Notes: generated from the sequence alone by a model not told the origin. DNA of 64,000 bases from Gemmatimonadaceae bacterium (GCA_041690755.1 JBEPWA010000007.1:21923-85922), one strand, 5' to 3'. Counted from the first letter of the stretch, positions 36,091 through 45,688 are shown. Made by a program: numbers and translations.

Positions 36091-37070
36091 TAGCCGGGAT
36101 ACAGTCCCGCACTCCGCGCGAACAGTCGCGTCAGTCCGAACAACGCATCGATGCTCGGCGTTTTGACGCCGAGCGTTCGAGCAATCTCTAATGGCGCGCC
36201 GAGCAGGTCGTCGAGCTCGATCGGGCGATGGGCTTCCACGTCGCGCAGCATCGACGTCTTGATCGGCCCGAGCCGCCGGGTCACGGCCATTCGATCCTCT
36301 CCGCTCTCCTGAATCACACACCCCACGCGTCGGCCGATCTCATGTGCTTCACCCATTACGCCGAGCACGAACGCGTTGACGAGGGGATCGTCGAGAATGC
36401 GGTCGCACGTCGCCGCAGTGAGCGCTGAGATGGGGTTCATCGTCATGTTGCCCCAGAGCTTGTACCACACGTCGTTTTGAATCCGGTCGCTGGCGGTGAC
36501 GTGGAACTCGGAGGCGCGAAATAATTCGACGATCCGCTCGAGCCGCGCCGACGTTCCGCCCGCCGGCTCGCCGAACAACAGTCGGTTGCCAACCGCGAGG
36601 CCGACTTCGCCCGGGGCCATCGCCGCAGCTGACAGGTGTACCACGCACCCGAGCACACGATCGAGCGGGATTGCGCGGGCAATGAGTTCGCCGGGATCGA
36701 CCGACGAGAGACTCGTGGGCCCAAGCTCGCCGCCACCGTGAAGCAAGAACCACCACGGAACGCCGTTCATCGTCGGAAGCACGACGGTCTCGGGTCCGAT
36801 CATCGGCCCAACGAGCCGCGCCACGGTCGCCAGCGACGGACCCTTCACGGCAATGATGACAACGTCCTGCTCGCCCAGGTCGGCGGCGTTGTCGCTCGCG
36901 CGGACCGTCGCCTCGAGCACGTCATCGCCGCGTGTCAGCTTCCAGGGGCGCTCCCGCAGGGCGGACAGCGTGGCGCCGCGGGCGAGCACGCTGATCTCAT
37001 GACCATGCGCGGCGAGCGGAATGGCCAGCCGTGCGCCAATCGCTCCCGCTCCAACGACACCTACACGCAT
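36090..37070 (-). CDS. panE: 2-dehydropantoate 2-reductase (ketopantoate reductase, ApbA/PanE family)
   Basis: MRVGVVGAGAIGARLA Rossmann start, ..VIIAVKG.. and ..T.NGV.W.. motifs, and a C-terminal helical domain with TSMLRDVE. Confidence 0.7.
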   Translation of the reverse strand: MRVGVVGAGAIGARLAIPLAAHGHEISVLARGATLSALRERPWKLTRGDDVLEATVRASDNAADLGEQDVVIIAVKGPSLATVARLVGPMIGPETVVLPTMNGVPWWFLLHGGGELGPTSLSSVDPGELIARAIPLDRVLGCVVHLSAAAMAPGEVGLAVGNRLLFGEPAGGTSARLERIVELFRASEFHVTASDRIQNDVWYKLWGNMTMNPISALTAATCDRILDDPLVNAFVLGVMGEAHEIGRRVGCVIQESGEDRMAVTRRLGPIKTSMLRDVEAHRPIELDDLLGAPLEIARTLGVKTPSIDALFGLTRLFARSAGLYPG

Positions 37071-37109
37071 CTTTCAATCTCCACTGAACGTCGGATTGCC
37101 ACGCGGCGG

Positions 37110-38243
37110 TCAGCCGAGGATCTCCTTGAGCATCTTATTGTAATCGTGCAGCCCCAGATACGACGCGCGCCGCAGATTGCCGACGTGATAATAGATCACC
37201 GTGGCGCTCAGGTGCTTTTTGAGGGCGCCGTAAATGCCCTGTTTGACGATGCTGCCGCTATCGGCCACCTGCACGCCGGACTTGGCGCTCATGGCGTGCT
37301 GGAATCCGTGTTCGCCGCCCCACGTTACCGGGTCGTTCGACTGGACGAAGACGAATGAACGGTTGAACGACACGCCATCCACCTCGGACCACATCACCGT
37401 GGTATCGTCGGCAATACGAGAATTATAATCACGCGCGAACGCCAGGTTGCCCACACGCGGCGAACAGAAGGGCATGCACACCGGCTTGCACACGCCGGCA
37501 CATTCGAGGTCGTGCGCACAGACCGTGGCGAGCGCCGCGCCAAGACTATGCCCGGTGACGATCACCGCCGAGTGGGCATCCTTCTCGAGATAGGCTTTCA
37601 CGGTGGAGTGAATCTCCGCGCGCACGCTGGAGTAAATCTCGAGAAACCCGGCGTGAATCTTCACGCCGGTGTGCCAGGGAGGCGTGTCCTGCCGCGTGTT
37701 GAAGTTCGTGCGCCAGTCGAGATTCACCACTTGCCCGGTTGCCGTGGCGCCCCAGCCGGCGCCCATGGGATTTGCCTCGCCCTTTTTTTCACCGCGCGAA
37801 CCGCGAAATACAACGTAGACGATCGACCACTCCTGGCCGTTGGGTCCGCCCACCTTGTAGTTCTTGCCCGTGACCTTGTAGATCACCAGCCCGGCACGCG
37901 TGTCGGTGGCGCCGGCGGCGCTCCGGCCGCTGATGCTCTTGAGGCTCGTGTGCTCGGCGCCGCCGCTCGCGCCGTACTTTTCCTCGAGCTTGCGCTCGAT
38001 GGCGCTCGTGTCAATGCGTGTGTTGTGCGTTGACAGGTCGTAAATGCCCGCCGCGTACCCAATCGCTCTGCCCGCGGCAATTTTTGGATACGCCAGATTG
38101 TTCTTGTACTGCTCGAGCTGGATCCGCAGTAGTTTCTCGTGTCCGGTTGGCGTGGGGTTCCGGCACTTCGGGCAGTCAACGACATCCAGTCCGCCGCCGT
38201 CGCCAAACAACTTTGTGCTGCACACCATGCATGTGATCGGCAT
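37110..38243 (-). CDS. Cytoplasmic class-3 lipase-fold (Lipase_3) serine hydrolase with N-terminal CxxC..CxxC zinc-ribbon
   Basis: CMVCSTK..x16..CPKCRN. Lipase_3 pattern VVFRGSR..NLDWRTNF..VKIHAGFLEIY, nucleophile elbow GHSLGAALA, later QSNDPV (Asp) and GLHDY (His). No signal peptide. Start trimmed to ATG 38243, because the extension overlaps sseA on the other strand. Confidence 0.7.
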   Translation of the reverse strand: MPITCMVCSTKLFGDGGGLDVVDCPKCRNPTPTGHEKLLRIQLEQYKNNLAYPKIAAGRAIGYAAGIYDLSTHNTRIDTSAIERKLEEKYGASGGAEHTSLKSISGRSAAGATDTRAGLVIYKVTGKNYKVGGPNGQEWSIVYVVFRGSRGEKKGEANPMGAGWGATATGQVVNLDWRTNFNTRQDTPPWHTGVKIHAGFLEIYSSVRAEIHSTVKAYLEKDAHSAVIVTGHSLGAALATVCAHDLECAGVCKPVCMPFCSPRVGNLAFARDYNSRIADDTTVMWSEVDGVSFNRSFVFVQSNDPVTWGGEHGFQHAMSAKSGVQVADSGSIVKQGIYGALKKHLSATVIYYHVGNLRRASYLGLHDYNKMLKEILG

Positions 38244-38336
38244 ATCGCGCGGGGAAATGCGTGAGCCTACATTGTGGAACGCGCTTTCGGATCCGGCAAG
38301 GGCGGCGCGCACTTCTTCCTCCGACACGACTCCAGC

Positions 38337-39188
38337 ATGCCATTCACGACTTTGATCACGTCCGCGGAACTCGCGGCAGAGGCATCCAATCAGGCGTTGG
38401 TCATCGTAGATTGCCGGTTCGATCTCGCCAACGTTGAGTCGGGGCGCGCCGAGTATCTCGCGCGCCACGTTCCCCGCGCTGTGTACGCACACCTCGACGC
38501 CGATCTCTCGGGCGCAAAGACTGGCACCAACGGCCGGCATCCGCTGCCACATCCGGATCAGTTGCGTGACACGCTGTCGCGTCTGGGGATTGGCACCGAC
38601 ACGCAAGTTGTGGCGTACGACGAGGGCTCAGCGATGTACGCGGCGCGACTGTGGTGGTTATTGCGCTGGATGGGCCACGAGTCGGTCGCCGTGCTGGACG
38701 GCGGGTTTGCGAAGTGGACGGCGGAAGGCCGCCCCACGGCAACTGGCGACGAGCAGAATCCGCGGCGTGACTTTACCGGTTCGCCACGCGCCAACGCCAC
38801 GGTTGACGCCAACTTCGTCGCTGCGCACGCCGACAAAACGGATTGGCGTGTGATCGACGCACGCGCACCGGAACGCTACCGTGGCGACGTTGAGCCGATC
38901 GACCGCGTGGGTGGGCACATTCCCGGCGCACTGAATCGGTTTTTCAAATCCAACCTCACCGATGCCGGTGTCTTTCGGTCGTCGCAGGAATTGCGACAAC
39001 AGTTCGGCGCTATCGTCGGCGGCGCGTCGCCGGACCATGTCGTAGCCTATTGCGGATCCGGCGTCACGGCGTGCCACAACCTGCTCGCCCTGGAGCACGC
39101 GGGGATGAGCGGCGCCAAGCTATATCCGGGCTCGTGGAGTGAATGGTCGTCTGACGCGTCGCGACCAGTAGCGCGCGGCGAGTCGTAA
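38337..39188 (+). CDS. sseA: 3-mercaptopyruvate sulfurtransferase (tandem rhodanese)
   Basis: Two rhodanese domains. The active-site loop CGSGVTACH is the MST type (CG[ST]GVTA). Start trimmed to ATG 38337 (MPFTTLITS). Confidence 0.85.
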   Translation: MPFTTLITSAELAAEASNQALVIVDCRFDLANVESGRAEYLARHVPRAVYAHLDADLSGAKTGTNGRHPLPHPDQLRDTLSRLGIGTDTQVVAYDEGSAMYAARLWWLLRWMGHESVAVLDGGFAKWTAEGRPTATGDEQNPRRDFTGSPRANATVDANFVAAHADKTDWRVIDARAPERYRGDVEPIDRVGGHIPGALNRFFKSNLTDAGVFRSSQELRQQFGAIVGGASPDHVVAYCGSGVTACHNLLALEHAGMSGAKLYPGSWSEWSSDASRPVARGES

Positions 39189-39208
39189 CGCTGCAAACGC
39201 TGCAAACG

Positions 39209-40264
39209 CTACATGTGGTGGTGCGTCATCGACAGCGCCTCGTTCAGCTCGAGGTCGAATCGTGCCTTGAGCGCCGGAGTTGGCGCTACGGCGCGGTACT
39301 CGTCAGCGAGCGCGTTCCAGTCGGCGAGCAGGGCGGTGCGGAGCGCGTCGAACTTTTTCGAATCTCCGGCTTGCTGAGCGGCGCGCAGTTGCGGCACGAC
39401 GGCTGAGAGCGTGGCGCGTTTCTCCATCAACCCCTTGTTGGTACCGGCGCGCCTCGCCAGATCGTCAATGTGATGCGCGGCCACGAGCTTGGCACCATAG
39501 CTCTCACCGAGCGCAACGCCGAACAATCGCTCGTCACTCATCATGTGAGCCGGCGGAGTGAGGCCGGTGGCAATGAACGGCAGCGCTGGGTTGTCGTGCG
39601 CGTAAGGGCCGTCCGGATTGGGAACGGTCCAGGCGTGCACCATCGCGATGTTTGCGCCGATCGGCCGACCGCCGCGTGCGACGCAATCGTCGCGTCCATC
39701 GGCCAGCACCGTTCCTTCCCCCGGGACGCCGCGACAGAGTCCGTGCAGATGCCACTCCATGGGCGTGCCGGCGAGACTCGTCGGCACGGGCCGCACGCGG
39801 ATCAGCTCCGTGTACGCGACGCCAATTGGCACGAGCGAATCGCCGAGTGGCAGGTACATCATGAAGGTCGGCTTGGAGAGGTCAGGCGGCTGGTTCTCGG
39901 TGAATCGCGTCATCGAGATCCAGTGCTGGCCTTGAAAGGGCGTGAGGTCGTTCGAGCCGGACGCCACGCCGATCACTGTGAAGCCGTCGTGTTGCAAAGA
40001 CGCGATGTCGCGGAGCGGGGCGATCGCCGCCGCGGCGCGCGTGACAATCGAGTCTTCATGTTGGGCGCGTGCGGCCCCGGAGAAAATCAACGACGAGAGG
40101 ACGACGCCGGAGAGTAACGCGAAGTGGCGAGATCCCGTGTCAAAACTGTTGTCATCCCGAGGCGCGAAGCGACGGGAGATCTTTCGTCCCTCCTGGGGGA
40201 CAGAAGATTCCTCGCTTCGCTCGGAATGACAGGCGCTTCTAGTCGCCGATGCTGCATGAGTCAT
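39209..40264 (-). CDS. Hypothetical secreted protein; 5' end problematic (repeat element embedded)
   Basis: Long ORF with good GC3 and a signal-like segment FALLSGVVLSSLIFSGAARA at residues 48-67. The only in-frame ATG/GTG/TTG upstream of that segment is ATG 40264, so codons 12-38 are encoded by palindromic element copy D. Confidence 0.55.
   Translation of the reverse strand: MTHAASATRSACHSERSEESSVPQEGRKISRRFAPRDDNSFDTGSRHFALLSGVVLSSLIFSGAARAQHEDSIVTRAAAAIAPLRDIASLQHDGFTVIGVASGSNDLTPFQGQHWISMTRFTENQPPDLSKPTFMMYLPLGDSLVPIGVAYTELIRVRPVPTSLAGTPMEWHLHGLCRGVPGEGTVLADGRDDCVARGGRPIGANIAMVHAWTVPNPDGPYAHDNPALPFIATGLTPPAHMMSDERLFGVALGESYGAKLVAAHHIDDLARRAGTNKGLMEKRATLSAVVPQLRAAQQAGDSKKFDALRTALLADWNALADEYRAVAPTPALKARFDLELNEALSMTHHHM
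40151..40230. repeat. Palindromic-element family, copy D (complete hairpin)
   Basis: GTCATCCCGAGGCGCGAAGCGACGGGAGATCTT..(loop)..AAGATTCCTCGCTTCGCTCGGAATGAC. Confidence 0.85.
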
Positions 40265-40356
40265 GAGGCACCATCGCCAGAGGGGCGTCCAACCCGCGCA
40301 CCGCGTGTGCGTGGCTGAAAGCTGGTGCTGCGCTCAGGAGGCACGCAAGTTGTTCG

Positions 40357-43068
40357 CTACTCCGCGCGCAGAGCCACCACGGCGTCCACGCGCATGGCAC
40401 GCAACGCCGGAACGATGCACGCAATGGTCGCCACCGCCAGCAGTGCGGCGGCAATACCGCCGAGTACCACGGGATCGTGTGGCGAAACCTCGAACAGCAA
40501 CGGCGCTACGAAGCGACCGCCGAGCAATGCCACCGCCACACCAATGGCTGCGCCCAGCGCCACTACGCGTACCCCGTCCCACACGACCAGCCGCGCTACG
40601 TCCGCCTCACGCGCGCCGAGCGCGAGCCGAATCCCGATTTCGCGCGTGCGTTGGCCAACGTCGTAAGACACCACCCCGTACACGCCAACCGCGGCGAGCG
40701 CCAGCGCTAACGCGCCGAACGCACCGAACAGCGCCGCCCCCAACCGGGTCGGCCGCAGCGCCTCCTGCACGATCGGCGCATCGGCGATCAACCGTACATC
40801 GGCGTAGGGCAGTTGCGGCGCTGACGTCTGGATCGCGATGCGCACGGGGGCGATGAACCGGCGCGCATCGCCGCCGGCCGCCGGCCGGATCACGAGTTGG
40901 CGCGCCGAATTGCCGGTACGCGCCTGGGCGAGCGGCACGTACACAAAGTCCGAGGAATCCTCGAAGATGCTCTGTCGCCGCACGTTCTCCACCACGCCTA
41001 CGACCTGCGCGCACGGTGCAGTGTCAGCGCCGACGCGAATGCAGCGACCGATGGGGCTTGCCTTTCCCCAGATGCGCGTCGCCAACATCTCGTTCACCAC
41101 CGCCACGCGCGGCGCGCCCTCCGCGTCGCTCGCCGAAAACTCGCGGCCCACGAGCACGTGCGAGCCGAGCGCCCGGAAATAGTCCTCCGTGGCCGCGATG
41201 ATCATCGATGTCTCATGTACCGTCGAGTCGGGCCCGGCAATGGCGAGCCCCGTCCCGTACGACGGGCCGAAGGGCACGGTCGTCGCCACGGCCGCGGCGG
41301 CGATTCCCGGCACCGCGCGCACTCGCTCCAGGGCGCGAGTGAAGATCGCGTCCACCTCGGCTTTGGGCCGTCCGGCGGCGCGCAGGCTCATCGATCCGAT
41401 AAGCACGCGATCGAGATCCACGCCAAGCGGCATCGCCCCGAGTCGCGACAGACTGCGTACGAACAGCCCCGCGCCTACAAGCAACACGAGACAGAGCGCC
41501 GCCTGAGTGCCGAGCAGCACGCTACGCGCGCGCATCCGTTGACCGCCGCCCTCGCGCACGCCCTGCTTCAGCGCGCCGGCGAGGTCAGGACTGCTCGCGG
41601 CGAGCGCCGGCACGAGTCCGGTCACGATGCCCACGGCGAGTGCAACGATCGCCGTGAACGCCAGCACGCGCAGGTCCACCGGCGACACATCGACCGGCGC
41701 GTCCGCCAGCAACAGCCGGCGCACCACGCCCCCGCCCCAGTAGGCAACCAGCAACGCCGCCGCGCCGCCCGCGAGCGCCAACACCACGCTCTCCGCAAGG
41801 AGTTGCGCCACGAGCCGCGACCGCGACACGCCGAGCGCCAACCGCACGGCAATCTCGCGGCGCCGGCGCAGCCCACGCGCCACGAGCAGGTTGGCGACGT
41901 TGGCGCAGGCGATGAGGAGGACGATCGCCGACATCGCGCCCAAGAGCGTCAGCACGCTCGCGCTCGCCCCTTCCTCTGACGCGCGCGCTCGCATGATCGG
42001 CACGAGCCGAAACGCCCATGCCTTTTGTGTGAAAAATGCGCTCGGCGCCACCGCTCGCGCGATGCGCATCGCGTCGTCTGCAGCCCGGTCGGCAGGCACG
42101 CCGGGGCGAAGACGCGCGAACACGCGAAGCCATGTGGCGACGCTCGTCCGCGCCCACCCGGTGCCCATGGGTTGAAGCCCGCTCGCCGTGCTCATTGGAA
42201 TCCAGAGGGCCGGCGCCACGAGGTCGATGCCGGTGAACCCCTTTGGCGTAACGCCGATCACCGTGAAATCCCGGTCACCCAGGAAGAGGCGTGCGCCGAT
42301 TGCGTTGCTGACGCCCGAAAACTGCCGCTGCCAAAAGTCGTAACTCACCACCACGACCGCCGCGCCCATCGGCTCCTGATCCTCGTCGGGGCGATAGAAC
42401 CGTCCGAGCGCCGGCGACACACCGAGCATCGGGAAATACGTAGCTGTCGCGAGCATGCCGCTCACGTTCTGCGCGCCTTCTCCGCGGCCGAGCGGCACGT
42501 CCACCGTTGCCGTGGCAGCGACGTGGTCAAACGCCGTCGCATTGTCGCGCAGTGCGCGATAGACGGGAAAATTCGACGTGAGTTGATCGAACTCCCCGTC
42601 GGTGCCGGCCACGAGTGCTGCGATGCGGTCCGGATCGCGAACGAACGCGGGCGGGCGGAGCAGGGTGCGGTCGATCACACTGAACATCGTCGCGTTCGCG
42701 CCAATGCCGAGTGCGAAGGTGAGCAGCACGGCCGCCGTAAACCCCGGCGCGCGCCGCAGTTGCCGCACAACGTATCCAAGGTCTTGCCGAAAGGCACCGA
42801 GTCGATCGAGCATGTTGAGTGTTTCCTCACGGTGGCGCGCAGCTTCAACGAGCTGCGCTCGGGATTCCTCGAACGGGCCGAAACGCGCCAACGCCTCGGC
42901 CTCCGCCTCGTCGCGCGTTCGGCCGGCGGCGAGCAGCGCATCCACCCGCTGCTCAAAGTGAAAGCGCAGCTCGGCGTCCGTGTCGGCTTCGGCCGATCTG
43001 CCGCGGCCGCCGGCATTGAGACGAAAGAGGCGCTTCACGCGACCGCTTCCCGGTTCGTGCGGGCTCAT
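40357..43068 (-). CDS. ADOP-family duplicated 'orphan' ABC permease (MacB-like), second copy
   Basis: Same architecture as 30918-33677 (prefix helix ELRFHFEQRV.., two MacB-PCD plus FtsX modules). Start trimmed to ATG 43068, which overlaps the padR stop (ATGA). Confidence 0.85.
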   Translation of the reverse strand: MSPHEPGSGRVKRLFRLNAGGRGRSAEADTDAELRFHFEQRVDALLAAGRTRDEAEAEALARFGPFEESRAQLVEAARHREETLNMLDRLGAFRQDLGYVVRQLRRAPGFTAAVLLTFALGIGANATMFSVIDRTLLRPPAFVRDPDRIAALVAGTDGEFDQLTSNFPVYRALRDNATAFDHVAATATVDVPLGRGEGAQNVSGMLATATYFPMLGVSPALGRFYRPDEDQEPMGAAVVVVSYDFWQRQFSGVSNAIGARLFLGDRDFTVIGVTPKGFTGIDLVAPALWIPMSTASGLQPMGTGWARTSVATWLRVFARLRPGVPADRAADDAMRIARAVAPSAFFTQKAWAFRLVPIMRARASEEGASASVLTLLGAMSAIVLLIACANVANLLVARGLRRRREIAVRLALGVSRSRLVAQLLAESVVLALAGGAAALLVAYWGGGVVRRLLLADAPVDVSPVDLRVLAFTAIVALAVGIVTGLVPALAASSPDLAGALKQGVREGGGQRMRARSVLLGTQAALCLVLLVGAGLFVRSLSRLGAMPLGVDLDRVLIGSMSLRAAGRPKAEVDAIFTRALERVRAVPGIAAAAVATTVPFGPSYGTGLAIAGPDSTVHETSMIIAATEDYFRALGSHVLVGREFSASDAEGAPRVAVVNEMLATRIWGKASPIGRCIRVGADTAPCAQVVGVVENVRRQSIFEDSSDFVYVPLAQARTGNSARQLVIRPAAGGDARRFIAPVRIAIQTSAPQLPYADVRLIADAPIVQEALRPTRLGAALFGAFGALALALAAVGVYGVVSYDVGQRTREIGIRLALGAREADVARLVVWDGVRVVALGAAIGVAVALLGGRFVAPLLFEVSPHDPVVLGGIAAALLAVATIACIVPALRAMRVDAVVALRAE

Positions 43069-43406
43069 TCCGCCGGCTCGGGTTGGGTGAGGAGCGCCGT
43101 CACGGCAGCGGCGTACCGAACCCACGTCGCCGTCTCGACGCGCAGCGACGCACGGCCCTTGGCAGTGAGCCGATAGTAGCGCGCCTGGCGATTGTTGGCG
43201 GACAAGCCCCACTCCGCGCTGATGAAACGGTGGCGCTCCAGCCGGTACAGCGACTGGTAGATCGCGCTGTCCAGCACAGACAGGTCGCGGCGCGCGCGCC
43301 GGTCGAACCATTCGCTCAAACCGTAGCCGTGCAGCGGGCCGCCGAGCAGGGCGCGAAGGACGAGCGTGTCGAGAGTACCGCGGAGAATGCCGATCGGTTC
43401 AGTCAT
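43065..43406 (-). CDS. PadR-family transcriptional regulator, second copy
   Basis: GTLDTLVLRALLGGPLHGYGLSEW...........SAIYQSLYRLERHRFISAEWG.SANNRQARYYRLT.KG. Start at ATG 43406. Confidence 0.9.
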   Translation of the reverse strand: MTEPIGILRGTLDTLVLRALLGGPLHGYGLSEWFDRRARRDLSVLDSAIYQSLYRLERHRFISAEWGLSANNRQARYYRLTAKGRASLRVETATWVRYAAAVTALLTQPEPAE

Positions 43407-43413
43407 CGCTTTA

Positions 43414-43432
43414 CCATACAGAAGCTGTATGG
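43414..43432. promoter_or_regulatory. Perfect 19-bp palindrome CCATACAG-AAG-CTGTATGG, 7 nt upstream of the second padR ATG
   Basis: Read directly from the sequence. Same 8-3-8 geometry, CCA...TGG ends and 7-nt spacing as 30534-30552. Confidence 0.55.
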
Positions 43433-43526
43433 GGCCAACAGTGCGATGTGGCGCGTCACCTGTCAAGCGTGGAGCGCCGCCGCCGTGTTCCGCTATTGTT
43501 CAGTCGCACCCATTCGGAGCCAAGCA

Positions 43527-43691
43527 ATGAAAGGAGGAAAAGCGGGGAGAAAGAGTAAGCCCGGGCAAAAGGGCAGCGCACGCGGCAAACCGCGAGTCGT
43601 GCAGGCCAAGCACCCGGCCACCGTTCCGCCGAAAAAGGGCAGCCGCAAGAACCCGTACGGCGGCACATCCACGACGGGCAAAGAGCTGTAA
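43527..43691 (+). CDS. Possible small, highly basic protein (54 aa)
   Basis: MKGGKAGRKSKPGQKGSARGKPRVVQAKHPATVPPKKGSRKNPYGGTSTTGKEL. GGAG lies about 8 nt upstream. No homology recognised. Confidence 0.35.
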   Translation: MKGGKAGRKSKPGQKGSARGKPRVVQAKHPATVPPKKGSRKNPYGGTSTTGKEL

Positions 43692-43726
43692 GATGCGGCC
43701 CGGGTTCTGCACCGTGATCGGTCACA

Positions 43727-44989
43727 ATGACGATCATCACGAACCGCGCAGCCCTGCTGCTGTTCACCGCCGGATTTCTCGCTTTTGGTCACGCCGGCGC
43801 ACAACAACCTGACAGCGCCGTCACCCGGTTGCTCAACCAGGGCTACGCCCTTCGCCGCGCCGGACAGACGGACAGCGCGGCGCACATCTTCGCGCGCGCA
43901 CTAGCCCTCGACTCCAGCAACGTGCGCGTGGCTCGCGAGCTCGGCTTCGCGCAGCTCGCGGCGGGCGATACGCTGGCGGCGCGCAACACCTTCCGCCATG
44001 TCGTCCGACTGGCGCCCGGGGTGCGCGACGACCAGGCGCAGCTCGGCTACCTCGACCTCGCGCTAGGCGATCGCACCGATGCAATCGTTGCCTTCGAAGC
44101 TGCAATACGCGCCGCTCCGAATGACGGACCGCTTCACCTGCAGTTGGCCTACACCTACGAGGGCGTAGGGAATCACGTTGCGGCGATGCATGCGTTCCTG
44201 AACGCGGAGGCCGTTGGCGACGTAGCCGTGCGGCGCCAGGCGCGCGCGTCACTTTCAGTGCTCGCCGGGGCCGGATATGCTCAGCCCGGAACGGCAATCA
44301 CCGATTGGTACGGCGCCGCCCAATACGGCACGCATTTCCGTGACTTCATCGTGTCGGCGCAGGCGCACGCGGCACTGTCACTCGATGCGGCCACTCGAAC
44401 CCAGGTGTACGCGGTGGGTCGCGTGATCCGCGACTCGCGCACACGCGGCGGCGAGCAGCCCGTGATCTATTCCGACAACTACGCGAATGCGGGCTTGGGG
44501 CTGCGCTCCCAACCGCTGCCGCTCAATCTCACGATTTACGCCGAGGCGGGGCCAACGGCCACGCTCACCAAAGGCGGCGCGTCGAGCTTCGACTGGCGCG
44601 CGGGCCTCACCTTTGGCTCGGCGTGGAAAAGCGCTCGGTCGGGTTGGTTTGGTGAATCGTACGCCGACGTGAGCTATTATAGCCGGTATGACGAAGCGAT
44701 CGGGTACGCGCAGTTCCGGCAATTACGGCCAATCTCCAGCGCCTCATCGTGGCTCGACGCGTCGCTCCGCGAAGGACTCGTGGCCGACGGGCGCGGTATC
44801 GGCTACAACAACCTCGCTGAGGCCGCCGCAGGCGTTCGCGTCCACGGTGGGCCGAATGCCAGTGGCAAGGTCTATCTCGAATACGTCCAGAGCGCGTATA
44901 CCAGAAATCGAGTGGGCGGCAACCGCACGTTCGGCGAGGTGCGCGCGACGTTCGTGGCGTCTGGGTCGGCGGTTTTTCTCCGGCACTAG
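43727..44989 (+). CDS. TPR plus C-terminal beta-barrel outer-membrane protein (NfrA/BcsC-like EPS export component)
   Basis: Signal peptide. About 4-5 TPR units (GYALRRAGQTDSAAHIFARALALD.., GDTLAARNTFRHVVRLAP.., GDRTDAIVAFEAAIRAAP..). The C-terminal 230 aa has alternating beta-strand character ending in ..ATFVASGSAVF(LRH). Confidence 0.55.
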   Translation: MTIITNRAALLLFTAGFLAFGHAGAQQPDSAVTRLLNQGYALRRAGQTDSAAHIFARALALDSSNVRVARELGFAQLAAGDTLAARNTFRHVVRLAPGVRDDQAQLGYLDLALGDRTDAIVAFEAAIRAAPNDGPLHLQLAYTYEGVGNHVAAMHAFLNAEAVGDVAVRRQARASLSVLAGAGYAQPGTAITDWYGAAQYGTHFRDFIVSAQAHAALSLDAATRTQVYAVGRVIRDSRTRGGEQPVIYSDNYANAGLGLRSQPLPLNLTIYAEAGPTATLTKGGASSFDWRAGLTFGSAWKSARSGWFGESYADVSYYSRYDEAIGYAQFRQLRPISSASSWLDASLREGLVADGRGIGYNNLAEAAAGVRVHGGPNASGKVYLEYVQSAYTRNRVGGNRTFGEVRATFVASGSAVFLRH

Positions 44990-45688
44990 ATGACCGGTAC
45001 CGCGGGACAGCTTCGCGCCCTCGCGGTCGTCGCGATGCTCGGCGCATCGGGCTGCGCGTCGTGGATCTCGTCGGATGTGCGGCTGCACGACGACTTCCGC
45101 GCATACCCGCTGGATTGGAAGGGCATCGATGGCTCGCAGGTGGGGCCGTGGTCGGTGCGCTTCGCCGGTTACGGCGGTGTGGGGTTCGCGCGCGTGAACG
45201 GTGGCGGCAACGTGATGCGGCTGGCGACGCTGCCGTCTTCGCGCGCCAACGAAACCCACGCGGCTCTGGTCGTTGGCCCGGAGTTCGCCGGCCCCTACGA
45301 CCTCGACGTGTCGATGCTAACCGAGCGGCAACTCCGCACCAACGGGCCGCCCAACCCGTGGGAAGTCGCGTGGCTGGTCTGGAATTACACGGACGACGCG
45401 CATTACTACTATTTCATTCCCAAACCAAACGGGTGGGAGATCGGCAAGCGTGATCCCGCCTACCCGGGTGGCCAGCGCTTCCTTGCCACGGGCACCTCGC
45501 CGCAATACCCGGTGGGCGTTTGGTACCGTGTCCGGCTCCGCGTCGAGCAACCGGGTGTCTCGTCACTCTGGGTTGACGGCCGAAAAATCGCCACCTTTGC
45601 GGACGTCGAGCGGCCGTACGATCGCGGCCGCATCGGGTTCTACCTCGAGGATGCGGTGGCGGCGTTCGCCGACGTTCAGCTCCGCTGA
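44990..45688 (+). CDS. Lipoprotein with concanavalin/LamG-like (DUF1080-like) jelly-roll domain
   Basis: Lipobox LGASGC. The C-terminal pattern WYRVRLRVEQPGVSSLWVDGRKIATF.D....DRGRIGFYLEDAVAAFADVQL is typical of LamG/DUF1080-type folds. Confidence 0.45.
   Translation: MTGTAGQLRALAVVAMLGASGCASWISSDVRLHDDFRAYPLDWKGIDGSQVGPWSVRFAGYGGVGFARVNGGGNVMRLATLPSSRANETHAALVVGPEFAGPYDLDVSMLTERQLRTNGPPNPWEVAWLVWNYTDDAHYYYFIPKPNGWEIGKRDPAYPGGQRFLATGTSPQYPVGVWYRVRLRVEQPGVSSLWVDGRKIATFADVERPYDRGRIGFYLEDAVAAFADVQLR

Noticed and set aside
37110-38243. Claiming horizontal acquisition of the lipase gene from lower GC content
   Set aside because: The impression of lower GC comes from reading only. I did not compute composition or codon statistics, so it is mentioned as something to check, not as a finding.
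30560-43406. Two inverted padR-ADOP permease pairs flanking 33.7-40.3 kb, considered as a composite transposon or invertible segment
   Set aside because: The two pairs are only distantly similar at protein level and share no long nucleotide identity that I can see. No transposase, integrase or flanking direct repeats are present. Paralogous ADOP/PadR pairs are simply abundant in this kind of genome.
43083-43691. 202-aa plus-strand ORF
   Set aside because: Its first roughly 110 codons are antisense to padR (43065-43406). Only the last 54 codons, from ATG 43527, are intergenic, and these are reported separately at low confidence.
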